From the NCBI GenBank assembly GCA_963820555.1, contig CAWGAT010000043.1, positions 1,554 to 65,553 on the forward strand: 64,000 nucleotides of DNA. Direction: 5' to 3'. The DNA comes from Candidatus Bathyarchaeota archaeon (GTDB lineage Archaea > Thermoproteota > Bathyarchaeia > TCS64). Below, in pieces: positions 9,920 through 20,027 of this stretch (positions are counted from its first letter, which is position 1; each line of letters begins with the position of its first letter). Position numbers and translations under genes: made by a program. Under the pieces are notes generated by a model. That model did not search any database. It had not been told where the DNA came from and saw only the letters and a program-made list of their open reading frames with translations.

Positions 9920-12900
9920 TTCGTCTCCTCCATCATGGACTTAAGTCTATCATAGGCTTCCAAGACTAAGCGTCTTGTGCGATACTCACCAAATTGTTTC
10001 TCATCGTTTTTTCTGAGGACGGGGAACTGGTCGAGAACATGACTCAAGTCCTCTTTTGATACTTTATAAAAGTAAGCGTATATCGCATCGATTTCTGCTT
10101 TCAATAATGCTCTTCTATCTTCATCCCAGATGAAGGGATCTCCATGAAAACCGTTGTCTATAGCAAATGCCCTTAATTCATAGCTTGTATATACCAATTC
10201 AACTACCTTTGATTTTATAACTTCTTTTACTTCCTCCGTATATTTATCAAGTGTAATGATTGGTAACTGTTCCAAATAAAAGAAATTAACGTCTACACCA
10301 CTTAATTTCTGGCGAATAAGATAATCAAAACAAATGGAAGATAAATTAGCATTCAACAATGCTATATTTGAATTGTTAGAAATTAGTATCAAGGGTAATG
10401 TATGAGCAACAGCGCTTCTAGGAATAATTGAGTCGACAAATGTCCTTTCATTTGTTGAATTCGTATTTTTTCTAAATCCTAAAAAGTACTGAGTATGATA
10501 CCATTTAGGAATTCTCTCTTCAGTTTCATTCGCGCTTACATAATGTCGTGGGATAGGTAAGAACCGGGGATTTATATGCTGCTGGAGGTTCGTATTCTCA
10601 CCAGTGCCTTGTAAGCCGCTGGTTTCGATTACCGAGTTGTATCTGTGGTCGTAGTACCATATCATTTTGCCTTCATAGAGGGGAAAGAAGCGTTCTTTGT
10701 TTATTCTCCATGGCCCACCAGGGCTCTCAGGAGCTTCTGGTTCAGCACCAAGTTCTTGGAGCTCTTCGCTTGACTTAAAGAACTTCGAGTCAGTTGACAT
10801 GTCAAACATACGTTGGAAAGAGACTTCCCAGGGATTCGACAATACTCTGCCTGTTGATCTCTCTTTTCTGACAAGTATGGGGGCTTGTCTATAGAGGTAT
10901 CTAGTTAGCTCCGCGTCTCGTCTGGTCCGGAAGATAGGGCACGTCAGGGTGTTAGGGTTGAGGGTCTCGAAATCCTCATTAGTGAAAGAGAACAGCTTCG
11001 CATCAGAGGATAATTCACTTAATGCTTTAGGTACTGCAGAGTTGTTTTCTGGTAGAAGTTCAAGCATCTCCTCTATCTCCTGTGGATCGAGGAGGTAGAA
11101 CGCCATCGGTATGTTGGTTACTACATCACCTCCGCCTCCAATAGTAAGGAGGCTAAATCGGAAGCTACGGTGGATAGGAAATATCTCGTTCTTATTCTCG
11201 AAATCGAATAAACTGAGAAGTGATTTCTCCTCAACGAGCTTCGCAAATAGCTCCTGAGTGTAGTAACTCGTAGCTATTCCAGTGGGTACCACGAGCCCTG
11301 CACGACCCTTTGGTCCCAGCAGTCTCCAACACCTTTCAACGAAGAGCTGGAAACTATTCAAGCTCCCCTGAGCGGACAGCTTGAATATATTCGAGCCACT
11401 CATGAAAGCTGATGTCTTCCTGTAGGAGAACCAGGAGTCAACATATTCTCGGTGAAGCGCCCTGTCACTCTCATCGCCTTTCGCGAGATTCTTTATTCTA
11501 ACCCTCCGAGTAGCTTGGCTTTTTTCTTCCTCAATTTCCATCTTCCTTCCCGCGAAGAACTCTTCCTCCTCGAGCTTCATGACCTCCCAAGGTGGGTTAG
11601 TCAGGAAACAGTCGAATCCGCCAGCCTCCCTCTCAAAGACCTCAGGGAACTCGAGCCTCCAATGGAAGAACCTGTAGCGTTTAGAAAGATCAGCTACTCC
11701 CATAAGCAATTTAGCCTGTCCGTGGCCCTCAACTATCTCTCGGAACCCTACCTCTGTTGGTGTTAGCCTCTCCTTGCCAGCTACTGTGGAGAGCTCACCG
11801 GTCAAAGGCCAGAAGAATGATGACACCCATGTGTCGTAGACCCCCTTCTGGGCCTCATATGGACCCTTCAGCAATATCTTCCTGTAAGTCTCAGCTTTGG
11901 CTGCAACAGCTTGAGGGTTGTCCTCAAGCAGTGACTCAAGTGATTGAACCTCTTTTACATATCCTTTGTAGGCAGTGTCTCCCGTAAAGCTGGTCAGAGA
12001 TGACGCACCGCGAGGCTTGCGCTTAACTTCCGCGGTGATTCGGGTCAACTCTTTAGCTAGTTTTGCATCCTCAGGAGGAACCCCCGTTTCAGGTTCACCC
12101 TTCAAAGCCGTGAAAGCCTCGGGTATTATGCCCCCTCTAATTGCATCTGGAGTGGCACCGATGAGGCTGTCACCGCACTTGATCCTGTGATCGAGAAAGT
12201 TCAGGGGCTTATCCTTCACAAACGCGTGGAGCCACAACGAGATCTTCGCCAGCTCCACTGCCAGAGGATTTCTGTCGACGCCGTAGATGCAGTGCATGAG
12301 CACCGTTCTCCTAGCCTCACGTAACTCATCCTCGCTGGGCTGTTCACGTCCAGACTCGATCTTTGATAGACTGAGTCCAAGGTAATCGAGAGCAGCTATT
12401 AGGAAGGTACCTCCACCACAGGCCGGGTCGCAGATTTTGATGCTAAGGAGCGTATTCCTTAAGACCTCAACTTCGCGAGTTCGATCACCACAGCCTAGTT
12501 TCTTCCTGGCCTCGCTCAGCCTCTGCTTTACAACTGGCGCGAGACTAGTTTTTACAAGGACATTAACGAGTCCCTTATGTGTGTAGTAGGAGCCCGTAGT
12601 CTTCCTCTGTAGGCCACGGGGTAATAGAATGAACTTGTGAGCGGGGTAGGTTTCACCCTCGACCGCCCTGGGCTCTGAGAGCACAGTCGGCCGATAGTCA
12701 AGGAGACTCTCGTAGATTGAGCCAATCTCCTCCACGTCAATGTCAATGTAGCTGATCCTGCTCCTAACTCCATCACGCTCAACTGTTGTCAGCTTTCTCA
12801 TGATGCTCAGCAGTGTATCGTTTCTGCATGATAGTTCGTTAAGCATCGATGTCTTCTCGGGATCGAACAGGTCGCCATTGTATGCGACAACTCCGAGTGT

Positions 12901-13989
12901 ATCGGAGCCTCTTTGAAGTAGGCTGAACGTAGTCTGGAGGCCCCGCCAAAGGTCAATCTGGTCGTCGGGTTCGGGTGTCCTCTCTGAGAGTTCCCTTAGG
13001 CGGGTGATACTATACTCACGCCCATACAGGGTACCCTGCCCTGGCAGCATCCCCCTCTGTTCGGCGTATAGTATGAAGAGGATGCGGTAGAACACCCTTA
13101 GTAGCTGGGTGAAGAACTCCTCGGCCAGCGTTGTATCCGACTCGAGGCGCTTCAGTTCGTCCCTCGTTAAAAGGTCATCAGCCAGCAGCTCTAGGGCTTT
13201 CTTCACGTTGTCTCGGAGCTCGTCCCCTATCTTGACGCCTTTCAGCTTGCTACTCTCATAGAATCCATCGATTGGGTGCTTCCCCGAGGTGTCCTTTCTG
13301 AAGCAGCTCACGTGAAGCAGCCTGTATAGTAATCTGAACTCGTCGAGGTCCCTTTCCTCGAGTATGTTCTCGAGGTCAAACTCCACGTAACCACGCGTAT
13401 ACTCGTGGTAATACTTAGTGAGTAGGCGAATAGACCTTCCATTGAACAGGATGCCCCAGTTGACATCCTTTGATAGCACAAGGAACCTCTGCATTGCATC
13501 GTGAGGACTGGATTCGTTTCTATCACTCGGCGCATGGACATCAAATCCCTCGCGGGGGAGCACGATGTGGATCCTTGGGGCGTCGGCGGAGTACCAACCG
13601 CGGTGAGATAGGTAGATGGATGTTGACTGCTGCTCCGATGGCCCCTCAATTACCTCGTTTCCCCTCTGGAAAGAGGGATCGAACCCGAGGAACCTGAAGA
13701 AGGGTATGGCCCAACTACCTCTTAGCCGGCTTATGTCAAGCTGATCCACCTTTGGCGCTAGGTCATCCCAGGTCTCGGTGGCGAATCCCCAGAAGTCGGC
13801 TACTTTTTCCTCGAATTGTGTGCGTGTAAGCTGCCCATCTCCAGCCTCCTGGTAGCCGGATACGGGTAGATTGTTGTCTCCCTCAAAGGCGTCGCGCAGC
13901 CTCACTAGAGACTCTTCGGTGAATAGTCCACCGCTGGTTGAGACGTGTACGAGGTGTGGCGGTGGGTGGCTTAACCTTGATCCTGCCAA
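9916..13989 (-). CDS. N6-adenine DNA methyltransferase, Eco57I/DrmMI-like (type IIG-like REase-MTase-TRD layout)
   Basis: [38 protein letters not shown], catalytic NPPW. Confidence 0.92.
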   Translation of the reverse strand: MAGSRLSHPPPHLVHVSTSGGLFTEESLVRLRDAFEGDNNLPVSGYQEAGDGQLTRTQFEEKVADFWGFATETWDDLAPKVDQLDISRLRGSWAIPFFRFLGFDPSFQRGNEVIEGPSEQQSTSIYLSHRGWYSADAPRIHIVLPREGFDVHAPSDRNESSPHDAMQRFLVLSKDVNWGILFNGRSIRLLTKYYHEYTRGYVEFDLENILEERDLDEFRLLYRLLHVSCFRKDTSGKHPIDGFYESSKLKGVKIGDELRDNVKKALELLADDLLTRDELKRLESDTTLAEEFFTQLLRVFYRILFILYAEQRGMLPGQGTLYGREYSITRLRELSERTPEPDDQIDLWRGLQTTFSLLQRGSDTLGVVAYNGDLFDPEKTSMLNELSCRNDTLLSIMRKLTTVERDGVRSRISYIDIDVEEIGSIYESLLDYRPTVLSEPRAVEGETYPAHKFILLPRGLQRKTTGSYYTHKGLVNVLVKTSLAPVVKQRLSEARKKLGCGDRTREVEVLRNTLLSIKICDPACGGGTFLIAALDYLGLSLSKIESGREQPSEDELREARRTVLMHCIYGVDRNPLAVELAKISLWLHAFVKDKPLNFLDHRIKCGDSLIGATPDAIRGGIIPEAFTALKGEPETGVPPEDAKLAKELTRITAEVKRKPRGASSLTSFTGDTAYKGYVKEVQSLESLLEDNPQAVAAKAETYRKILLKGPYEAQKGVYDTWVSSFFWPLTGELSTVAGKERLTPTEVGFREIVEGHGQAKLLMGVADLSKRYRFFHWRLEFPEVFEREAGGFDCFLTNPPWEVMKLEEEEFFAGRKMEIEEEKSQATRRVRIKNLAKGDESDRALHREYVDSWFSYRKTSAFMSGSNIFKLSAQGSLNSFQLFVERCWRLLGPKGRAGLVVPTGIATSYYTQELFAKLVEEKSLLSLFDFENKNEIFPIHRSFRFSLLTIGGGGDVVTNIPMAFYLLDPQEIEEMLELLPENNSAVPKALSELSSDAKLFSFTNEDFETLNPNTLTCPIFRTRRDAELTRYLYRQAPILVRKERSTGRVLSNPWEVSFQRMFDMSTDSKFFKSSEELQELGAEPEAPESPGGPWRINKERFFPLYEGKMIWYYDHRYNSVIETSGLQGTGENTNLQQHINPRFLPIPRHYVSANETEERIPKWYHTQYFLGFRKNTNSTNERTFVDSIIPRSAVAHTLPLILISNNSNIALLNANLSSICFDYLIRQKLSGVDVNFFYLEQLPIITLDKYTEEVKEVIKSKVVELVYTSYELRAFAIDNGFHGDPFIWDEDRRALLKAEIDAIYAYFYKVSKEDLSHVLDQFPVLRKNDEKQFGEYRTRRLVLEAYDRLKSMMEETN

Positions 13990-13990
13990 C

Positions 13991-16900
13991 CTAGAGGCCT
14001 TCCCTTCTCGGGACGTAGAGGGTCATCGTTAGAATATCCTGGGAGGCGCAGGAAACCTCATCGAAGCCCTCGAGACCCTTCGTTAATCCATCCTTCTCGA
14101 GCCTTTCCCTCAGTTTCTTCCTCTCCTCAACGATTCGAGCACAGTTGCGCTTAGCTCGCTTGTCGATCAATTCCAAGAGCCGCTTATGCTGAATCGACTC
14201 ATCGAGGGCTTCAACGATCTCCCTTACGCTGAGTCCATGTGGTTCATGCTTTGCTGATACGAGCTTATCCACGATTGATTCATCTAGGACACCGTCGCCG
14301 AATACCTCCACACCGATCGGTTCAATCTCCTCTATGATAGTCCTGTTCACGCTGCCAACAACGTACCTCATCCGCACATGGAACACAGTGGAGACCTTCT
14401 CGACAAGTGCACTCCCTACGGCGGATGTTCTGCCGTAGCGCTCACCAGTTGAAGTGTAGGCAAGCGCCTTAACCTGCTCCAAGAGACCGGATACTACACT
14501 AGAGCCTAGGTCAAGCATGTAGACTGAGGAATCCGAAGCACCCCTAATCGGGTTAAAAGTCACCATCGATTCCTCCTTAACGTCGAGTTTCTCCGCAAGC
14601 TCAGCGGGGAGAGTCATCCTCAGGACATCCTGCTCACCGGTGGGCTCTAGCCTCCCACCTAGGTTTGGTAGGGCACTCCTAACGAATCGCTCAACCTCAT
14701 CTTTCCCTCCCAGCGCCGCTTCGGTCTCAGACATCCTCTTCACAACGTCGTCGAGGTCGACGCTGCCCTGCCCGTAGAAGCTGTCCTCCCTCATCCCTTG
14801 GATGATCGAGGGGTCCATCATGTGATCAAACAGCTGAAGCCTCTGTACTCGTTCACGCTCCCTATCCATCCTCGTCTCGAAGAAGTCGAAGAGGCTCTTC
14901 TGTGGCCCATATTTCGCCTCTAGCTTGTAGTCGACGATGGCGTCTAGGATCGCTTGGTCGTCCCCGAAGAAGGGTGGCGCGAAGCCGTACTCATCACGTA
15001 TAGCGTTCGCCTTCTTCATGAGTAGCTCGAGGATAGCGTTCTCAAGTGTATCAGGCAGGATAAGGGTGCGGATATACACGGTCTTCTCCGGCTGACCAAA
15101 CCGGTCGATCCTGCCGTTCCTCTGCTCTAGCCGATTCGGGTTCCAGGGCAGCTCATAGTGAATAAGCTGGTTCGCCGAGTACTGGAGGTCAATGCCCTCC
15201 GCCATGCAGTCGGTAGTTATCAGAATTGCCCTCTTGGACCCTTTGAAGGCCTCGAACTGCTCCTTGCGCTTCGGGGGATTCATCTCCCCGTGTATTGTGT
15301 AAACATCCATACCCTTGAGCTTGAGTGAGCCAGCGATCTCACCCAGTAGCTCCCTCTGAAGATACTCGAGGGTATCTCTGTACCTAGTGAAAAGGATTAT
15401 CTTCACATTCCTCCCGCCGGCGCGGTTCACGGCCTCTGGGAGACTCGTCCTGAAGAGGTGGTGGAGCTTTGTGTCACGCGGCCCCCTTATCCGGCCACAG
15501 TTATCAAGGGCCCTGGAGAGGAGCTCCCTCTCCACCTCCTTATTCGACATGCTGCCGAAGACTGCCCTATCAGTCCTCTCATCCAGCTCCTCCTCGGTGA
15601 GGTTCTCCCCGAGGTCGAAGTCCATCACATTCTTCCCGGCATCCTCACCACTAACCGATAGAGTTGACCTTTCGGACTGCGCCTTGATCTCGTCATCTAT
15701 CCTCCGAATCCTGTTCCGCATGCTACAGGCGAGGGCGTAAGGTGAACTCAGCGCCCTCTTGTGGAAGTGCAGGATAGTCCACTTCGCAACCCGGCGCTCA
15801 ACCTCACCCTCGTTCTTAACCGACTCGAGGATGTGCTCAGAGATTGTGTTGACGCTGTCAATAACGTCTCTCAGCTCAGGAGACGGGGGTGGGCAATACT
15901 CCTCCTTTTGATCCCTCTCGGGGAAGGGGTCTATGCCCGCGTTAGTCCTGACGAGCCACTCCTTCACATCCTTCCTCCGCCTCTGACAGATGCGGCGCCT
16001 AGCCGCTTCTCTGTTTATACTCACGTTTGTCACGTCGCCTGAGACGAGATCGGGGTCAAGCATCTGCAGTAAACTGGCGAAGGAGTCCCTGTACCCATTG
16101 TGAGGCGTCGCGGTGAGGAGTAGCAGGTGGGTAGTGTGTTTCGCCATTTCCTTAGCTGCAAGCCACCTCTGCATCACGGGGTCCGAGTCCGCCACGTTCT
16201 GGTGGGGTTTAGCTACGTTGTGAGCCTCATCGATGACAATGACATCCCAGCGCTGCTGGAGCACCCTTGGCAAAACATATCCCTGCTTAACGTAGTCCAC
16301 CGATGCAATCAAGAAGGGATAGTGCCCCCAGGGGTCACCTCCCACTAGTAGCTCCCTCTCAAGCTGCCTGAGGTGCCGCCTAGATATTATCTCAGCCCTA
16401 ATGTGGAAGAACCTGAGGAGGATATCCTGCCACTGCTCCCTCAAGTTGGCGGGCACTACGAAGAGAACCCTGTCTGCCAGACGCCTGCCAAGAAGCTCAG
16501 ATACAACGAGCCCCGCCTCAACGGTCTTCCCTAAGCCAACGTCGTCCGCGAGGAGAAGTCTGGCGCTTGGAAGCTCAAGTGCCATGAGAACGGGTACAAG
16601 CTGGTAGGGCATCGGTATTACCCTGCTCCGCTGAAGCCCCATCAATACAGAGGTTCCATGCATCAGGTCGAGTTTCAACGCCTGCAGTAGCAGTCTCTGA
16701 TACCCAGGATTACCTACAACACTTACATCCGGTGGCGGGTGTACGGCCACTCTAGCCTCCTCTATGGGTACATAGAACTCATGGCGCGACTCTAGTCCAG
16801 TTATACTGCTTACCCGAAGAACCTGCTGCTCTTTATCGAACTCATCAACCCGCCACAGCCTATCACGAGCCTCAATCACTTTTCCCTCATCGAGATCACT

Positions 16901-17197
16901 GTTACGCGCAATCATCTCCTTGGCAAGAGTCGCAGGATTGGGCAGCGTCGCAGCGGACTTACTAGACCCTGAGACAACGTAGACCTTAGAGCTTTGAGGA
17001 TCGATTATCTGATCAACGAGTTCTCCACCATCGGTACAATGTCCTATTATTCTCAGGTATTTGCCCACTGGAAGTATCTCTTCAATCATTATTCTGAGAG
17101 ACCAATTATCAACATAGATATCAGAGTTTCTCAGCACTACCGTGGACATATAGAGTAACATCTTTTCAAATAATATAAAAGATAATAACCCTATCAA
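13991..17197 (-). CDS. SNF2-family helicase, DrmD/BrxHII-like
   Basis: LLADDVGLGKT, IDEAH, LTATPH, EGIDLQ, WNPNRLEQRNGRIDR. True start may be downstream of 17197. Confidence 0.92.
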   Translation of the reverse strand: MIGLLSFILFEKMLLYMSTVVLRNSDIYVDNWSLRIMIEEILPVGKYLRIIGHCTDGGELVDQIIDPQSSKVYVVSGSSKSAATLPNPATLAKEMIARNSDLDEGKVIEARDRLWRVDEFDKEQQVLRVSSITGLESRHEFYVPIEEARVAVHPPPDVSVVGNPGYQRLLLQALKLDLMHGTSVLMGLQRSRVIPMPYQLVPVLMALELPSARLLLADDVGLGKTVEAGLVVSELLGRRLADRVLFVVPANLREQWQDILLRFFHIRAEIISRRHLRQLERELLVGGDPWGHYPFLIASVDYVKQGYVLPRVLQQRWDVIVIDEAHNVAKPHQNVADSDPVMQRWLAAKEMAKHTTHLLLLTATPHNGYRDSFASLLQMLDPDLVSGDVTNVSINREAARRRICQRRRKDVKEWLVRTNAGIDPFPERDQKEEYCPPPSPELRDVIDSVNTISEHILESVKNEGEVERRVAKWTILHFHKRALSSPYALACSMRNRIRRIDDEIKAQSERSTLSVSGEDAGKNVMDFDLGENLTEEELDERTDRAVFGSMSNKEVERELLSRALDNCGRIRGPRDTKLHHLFRTSLPEAVNRAGGRNVKIILFTRYRDTLEYLQRELLGEIAGSLKLKGMDVYTIHGEMNPPKRKEQFEAFKGSKRAILITTDCMAEGIDLQYSANQLIHYELPWNPNRLEQRNGRIDRFGQPEKTVYIRTLILPDTLENAILELLMKKANAIRDEYGFAPPFFGDDQAILDAIVDYKLEAKYGPQKSLFDFFETRMDRERERVQRLQLFDHMMDPSIIQGMREDSFYGQGSVDLDDVVKRMSETEAALGGKDEVERFVRSALPNLGGRLEPTGEQDVLRMTLPAELAEKLDVKEESMVTFNPIRGASDSSVYMLDLGSSVVSGLLEQVKALAYTSTGERYGRTSAVGSALVEKVSTVFHVRMRYVVGSVNRTIIEEIEPIGVEVFGDGVLDESIVDKLVSAKHEPHGLSVREIVEALDESIQHKRLLELIDKRAKRNCARIVEERKKLRERLEKDGLTKGLEGFDEVSCASQDILTMTLYVPRREGL

Positions 17198-17245
17198 TCG
17201 CGAACGCGATTTGATGGAAGTTCATCAACAAGAAGCTCTGACTAT

Positions 17246-18157
17246 CTACTCCTCTGCGAAGTAGTCGCTGTCGATCCTCTTAATGCTGTAAGTAAAATCC
17301 TCTGAAACACCGACTCCATTATCAATCATAAGCTGAGCGAGCTGCACACCATCGATGAGAATGACCCTCGTTTCGATCTTCGAAGCATAATCAACAGCTT
17401 CCTTTGTAAATCCAGAGGTGGTTATCAAAATGCCCTTCCGCGCCTTCTGACCCTGAAGCGCACCAACGAACGTCTGAACCACCGGCCTACCGACCACGCT
17501 CTCCCAGCGCTTCGCCTGAATATGGATCACGTCCAGACCCAGCTTATCCTCCTTGATCAACCCGTCTATCCCCTCATCCCCAACTTGGCCGATTACCTTT
17601 CCAGCATCCTCTCCCGAGCCGCCGTACCCTATCCTGACAAGGAGATCAACGACGATCCTCTCGAAGATCTTAGAAGGTACCTTCTTTAACTGCCCGAGCA
17701 GATCGTGGGATAGCTCCGCCCTCAGACTCTGGTAACCGTCCTCGATCAGCTCCCTCGCCGTCTTTGTGGATGTCTCTCCCTCACCATTCTCCGTCGATGA
17801 CTCCTTCTCCCGCTGGAACTTCTTGAACTCTATGAACTCAGGGAACTGCATAAGGAACTTCACGTTGACCGTCTTAGGGTTCTTCTGGAGGACCTCTAGT
17901 CCGCGTGGGGTTATTCGCTGGACTGATCGCCTAGTTGTCTCCAGTAGCCCCGCCTTCTTCAAGTAGGTCCTCGCCCATCCGACCCGATTTTCTATGATTG
18001 GCTGGTGACCACTTGGCAGGGGCTTGTTTCTCTCCTCAGGTGTCAGTCTGAAGGTGTCTGAGATGTGGTCTGTGATCTCTTGGATCGTATGCTCTTTGCT
18101 ATCTTGAAGGAACCTGAGAATGGGAAACATCACGGTCTGGAAGTCAGGTATGGGCAT
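17246..18157 (-). CDS. mrr: Mrr-family (type IV) restriction endonuclease
   Basis: Mrr N-terminal MPIPDFQ...RVGWARTYLKKAGLL; catalytic DEGIDG...QAKRW; GILITTSGF. Confidence 0.95.
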   Translation of the reverse strand: MPIPDFQTVMFPILRFLQDSKEHTIQEITDHISDTFRLTPEERNKPLPSGHQPIIENRVGWARTYLKKAGLLETTRRSVQRITPRGLEVLQKNPKTVNVKFLMQFPEFIEFKKFQREKESSTENGEGETSTKTARELIEDGYQSLRAELSHDLLGQLKKVPSKIFERIVVDLLVRIGYGGSGEDAGKVIGQVGDEGIDGLIKEDKLGLDVIHIQAKRWESVVGRPVVQTFVGALQGQKARKGILITTSGFTKEAVDYASKIETRVILIDGVQLAQLMIDNGVGVSEDFTYSIKRIDSDYFAEE

Positions 18158-18392
18158 GGTTGGGAGTTATTGGCTCATTATATAAGATTTAATTGAAGAA
18201 TCAATCTGCTGACGCTTACGCGTACACATAACCAGGGGACCTGGGTCCCTAAATAATATCCGATGAAGTCGAATCGAACAATAATTCACGAGGTCTCGAG
18301 AAATCGCTAATTGTCATTATACTTATACTGGACATTCGCGCACATGATGTATTAGAAACTGTGAAATTCAATAGCCATTATATATTTATTCG

Positions 18393-18857
18393 ATGGACCA
18401 GCCTACTCAACAATCGGTAGATAAAGAACAATTTTTCAAGGAGATTGACCTGATCCAGAACATCATCAATCGGATGGCAGGCAACTCCTTTCAACTAAAA
18501 GGGTGGGCTCTAACTCTCATAGTAGGCTCAATGGTTCTGAGTCCAAACCCACAGCAGAGGCTTTTCGCCTTCATGCCACTAGTCGTGTTCTGGTACCTCG
18601 ACGCTTACTACCTCCATTTAGAAAAGTGCTACCGTAAATTATACGAATGGACAATTAAGAACAGACTAATTTGTAAAGATTACCTATTCGACCTCAATGC
18701 CTACGATAGATTCAGGAAGAGTGTTGATCCTATCCCCCGACTAATGTTCTCCAGGACACTAATTTGGTTCTACGGGGTTGTATTCGCCCTCACCATAGCC
18801 TTAAACTGGGGAAATATCGTAGAGATCTTTTACCGTTATGTGCTGAGGACGATTTAA
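18393..18857 (+). CDS. Three-TM membrane protein, candidate TIR-associated effector
   Basis: IQNIINRMAGNSFQLKGW...FWYLDAYYL.LE..YR.LY; three hydrophobic segments; directly upstream of a TIR gene. Confidence 0.7.
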   Translation: MDQPTQQSVDKEQFFKEIDLIQNIINRMAGNSFQLKGWALTLIVGSMVLSPNPQQRLFAFMPLVVFWYLDAYYLHLEKCYRKLYEWTIKNRLICKDYLFDLNAYDRFRKSVDPIPRLMFSRTLIWFYGVVFALTIALNWGNIVEIFYRYVLRTI

Positions 18858-18887
18858 AATACATCGTAGAGTTAGCTTCTATTCAAG

Positions 18888-19418
18888 ATGACTCGTCGAG
18901 TCTACTTCAGCTTCCACTATGGTAATGATGCGTGGCGAACAGCACAGGTCCGCAGCTCATGGGCGGCGCACCCCGATAGGGAGACGGCTGGCTTCTGGGA
19001 CCATGCTGAGTGGGAGACGGTGAGGAGACAGGATGAAGGAACGATTAAACGCTGGATAAACAGCCAAATGGAAGGCTCCTCCGTGGTATGTGTCCTCATC
19101 GGAGTAAACACATGCAACCGTAAATGGGTCCGTTATGAGGTACAACGCGCGATTGAGGAGGGCAAGGGCGTAATCGGGGTAAGGATCCATAACCTCAGAG
19201 ATAATGAGGGAAACACTTGTCCAAGAGGAAATATGGACTTCGGACTAGTTGACGGAGAACACACGTTTGAGGAGCTGTTCCCGGTATACGACTGGGTGGA
19301 TGATGACGGGTTTAACAACATAGGTGACTGGGTTGAGACTGCCGCGCAGGTCGCTGGAAGACCCAACATGGATCCGCCCACACAGCGGTACTCCCGCCCC
19401 ACTAATTGCAGAAGATGA
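18888..19418 (+). CDS. TIR-domain protein, Thoeris ThsB / DUF1863 (MTH538)-like
   Basis: RRVYFSFHY..D.WR..QVR; IKRWI..Q..GSSV..VLIG; KWVRYE with catalytic Glu. Confidence 0.9.
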   Translation: MTRRVYFSFHYGNDAWRTAQVRSSWAAHPDRETAGFWDHAEWETVRRQDEGTIKRWINSQMEGSSVVCVLIGVNTCNRKWVRYEVQRAIEEGKGVIGVRIHNLRDNEGNTCPRGNMDFGLVDGEHTFEELFPVYDWVDDDGFNNIGDWVETAAQVAGRPNMDPPTQRYSRPTNCRR

Positions 19419-20017
19419 GGCCCATGAAAATGCATGTTAAAGATCCACAGCCACCAAACCCACCGTGGAAACCCCTCACAGCTAACAGGGAGTCTAGATC
19501 ATTCATCGAATACTATTACAGCGACTCCGCAACAAAGGTGCCTATCCGAGACGTATCACACCCTGTAGATCCTAAGGCTGACCCGAACTTAGAGACGATG
19601 ACTTACGGTCTTTTCAGCAAATGCAACCGGCGAATGAGGAAAAGTATAGCGGAAAAGGGTATAACGACGATATTCTTCTGCACAAACAGGAAAGGAAGCA
19701 TCAGGATTCTGACTGGGTACTACCGAATCGGATGGTCTTATGAGGTGGAGCCTGGAGACTACATGCTCAAGGCCTCGGAGATGCGATTTGTCAACCCCGG
19801 CTTTCCTCTTACAGGTCTTCGAGACTACCTGGGTGGATACCCCATCGACGGGTTCTTCCGTACCTCGAAGTACGTGGAAGAGCCTCATGCCTCGCATCTT
19901 CTCAAGCTCTTGAAAGCAACTCCTGATGCCACCCCAAGTTACCTCTCAGAGATACGACGCCTTTCACAACCCCCACTATACACCTGGGAAGCAGCGACTA
20001 GACCCATGAAACTGTGA
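19415..20017 (+). CDS. Hypothetical protein resembling nucleotide-modification-associated domains (Nmad2/3-like)
   Basis: ATGA overlap with TIR stop; DPNLETMTYG...C...R...IFF...L.GYY.I pattern. Confidence 0.5.
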   Translation: MRPMKMHVKDPQPPNPPWKPLTANRESRSFIEYYYSDSATKVPIRDVSHPVDPKADPNLETMTYGLFSKCNRRMRKSIAEKGITTIFFCTNRKGSIRILTGYYRIGWSYEVEPGDYMLKASEMRFVNPGFPLTGLRDYLGGYPIDGFFRTSKYVEEPHASHLLKLLKATPDATPSYLSEIRRLSQPPLYTWEAATRPMKL

Positions 20018-20027
20018 GGTGTAAAAG

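Noticed and set aside
4694-17197. Canonical DISARM class I, BREX or Druantia
   Set aside because: No separate drmB/drmC, no pglZ/brxC, no Druantia partner genes.
18393-19418. Canonical Thoeris (thsA-thsB)
   Set aside because: No SIR2-SLOG or TM-Macro ThsA; the upstream gene is a small TM-only protein.
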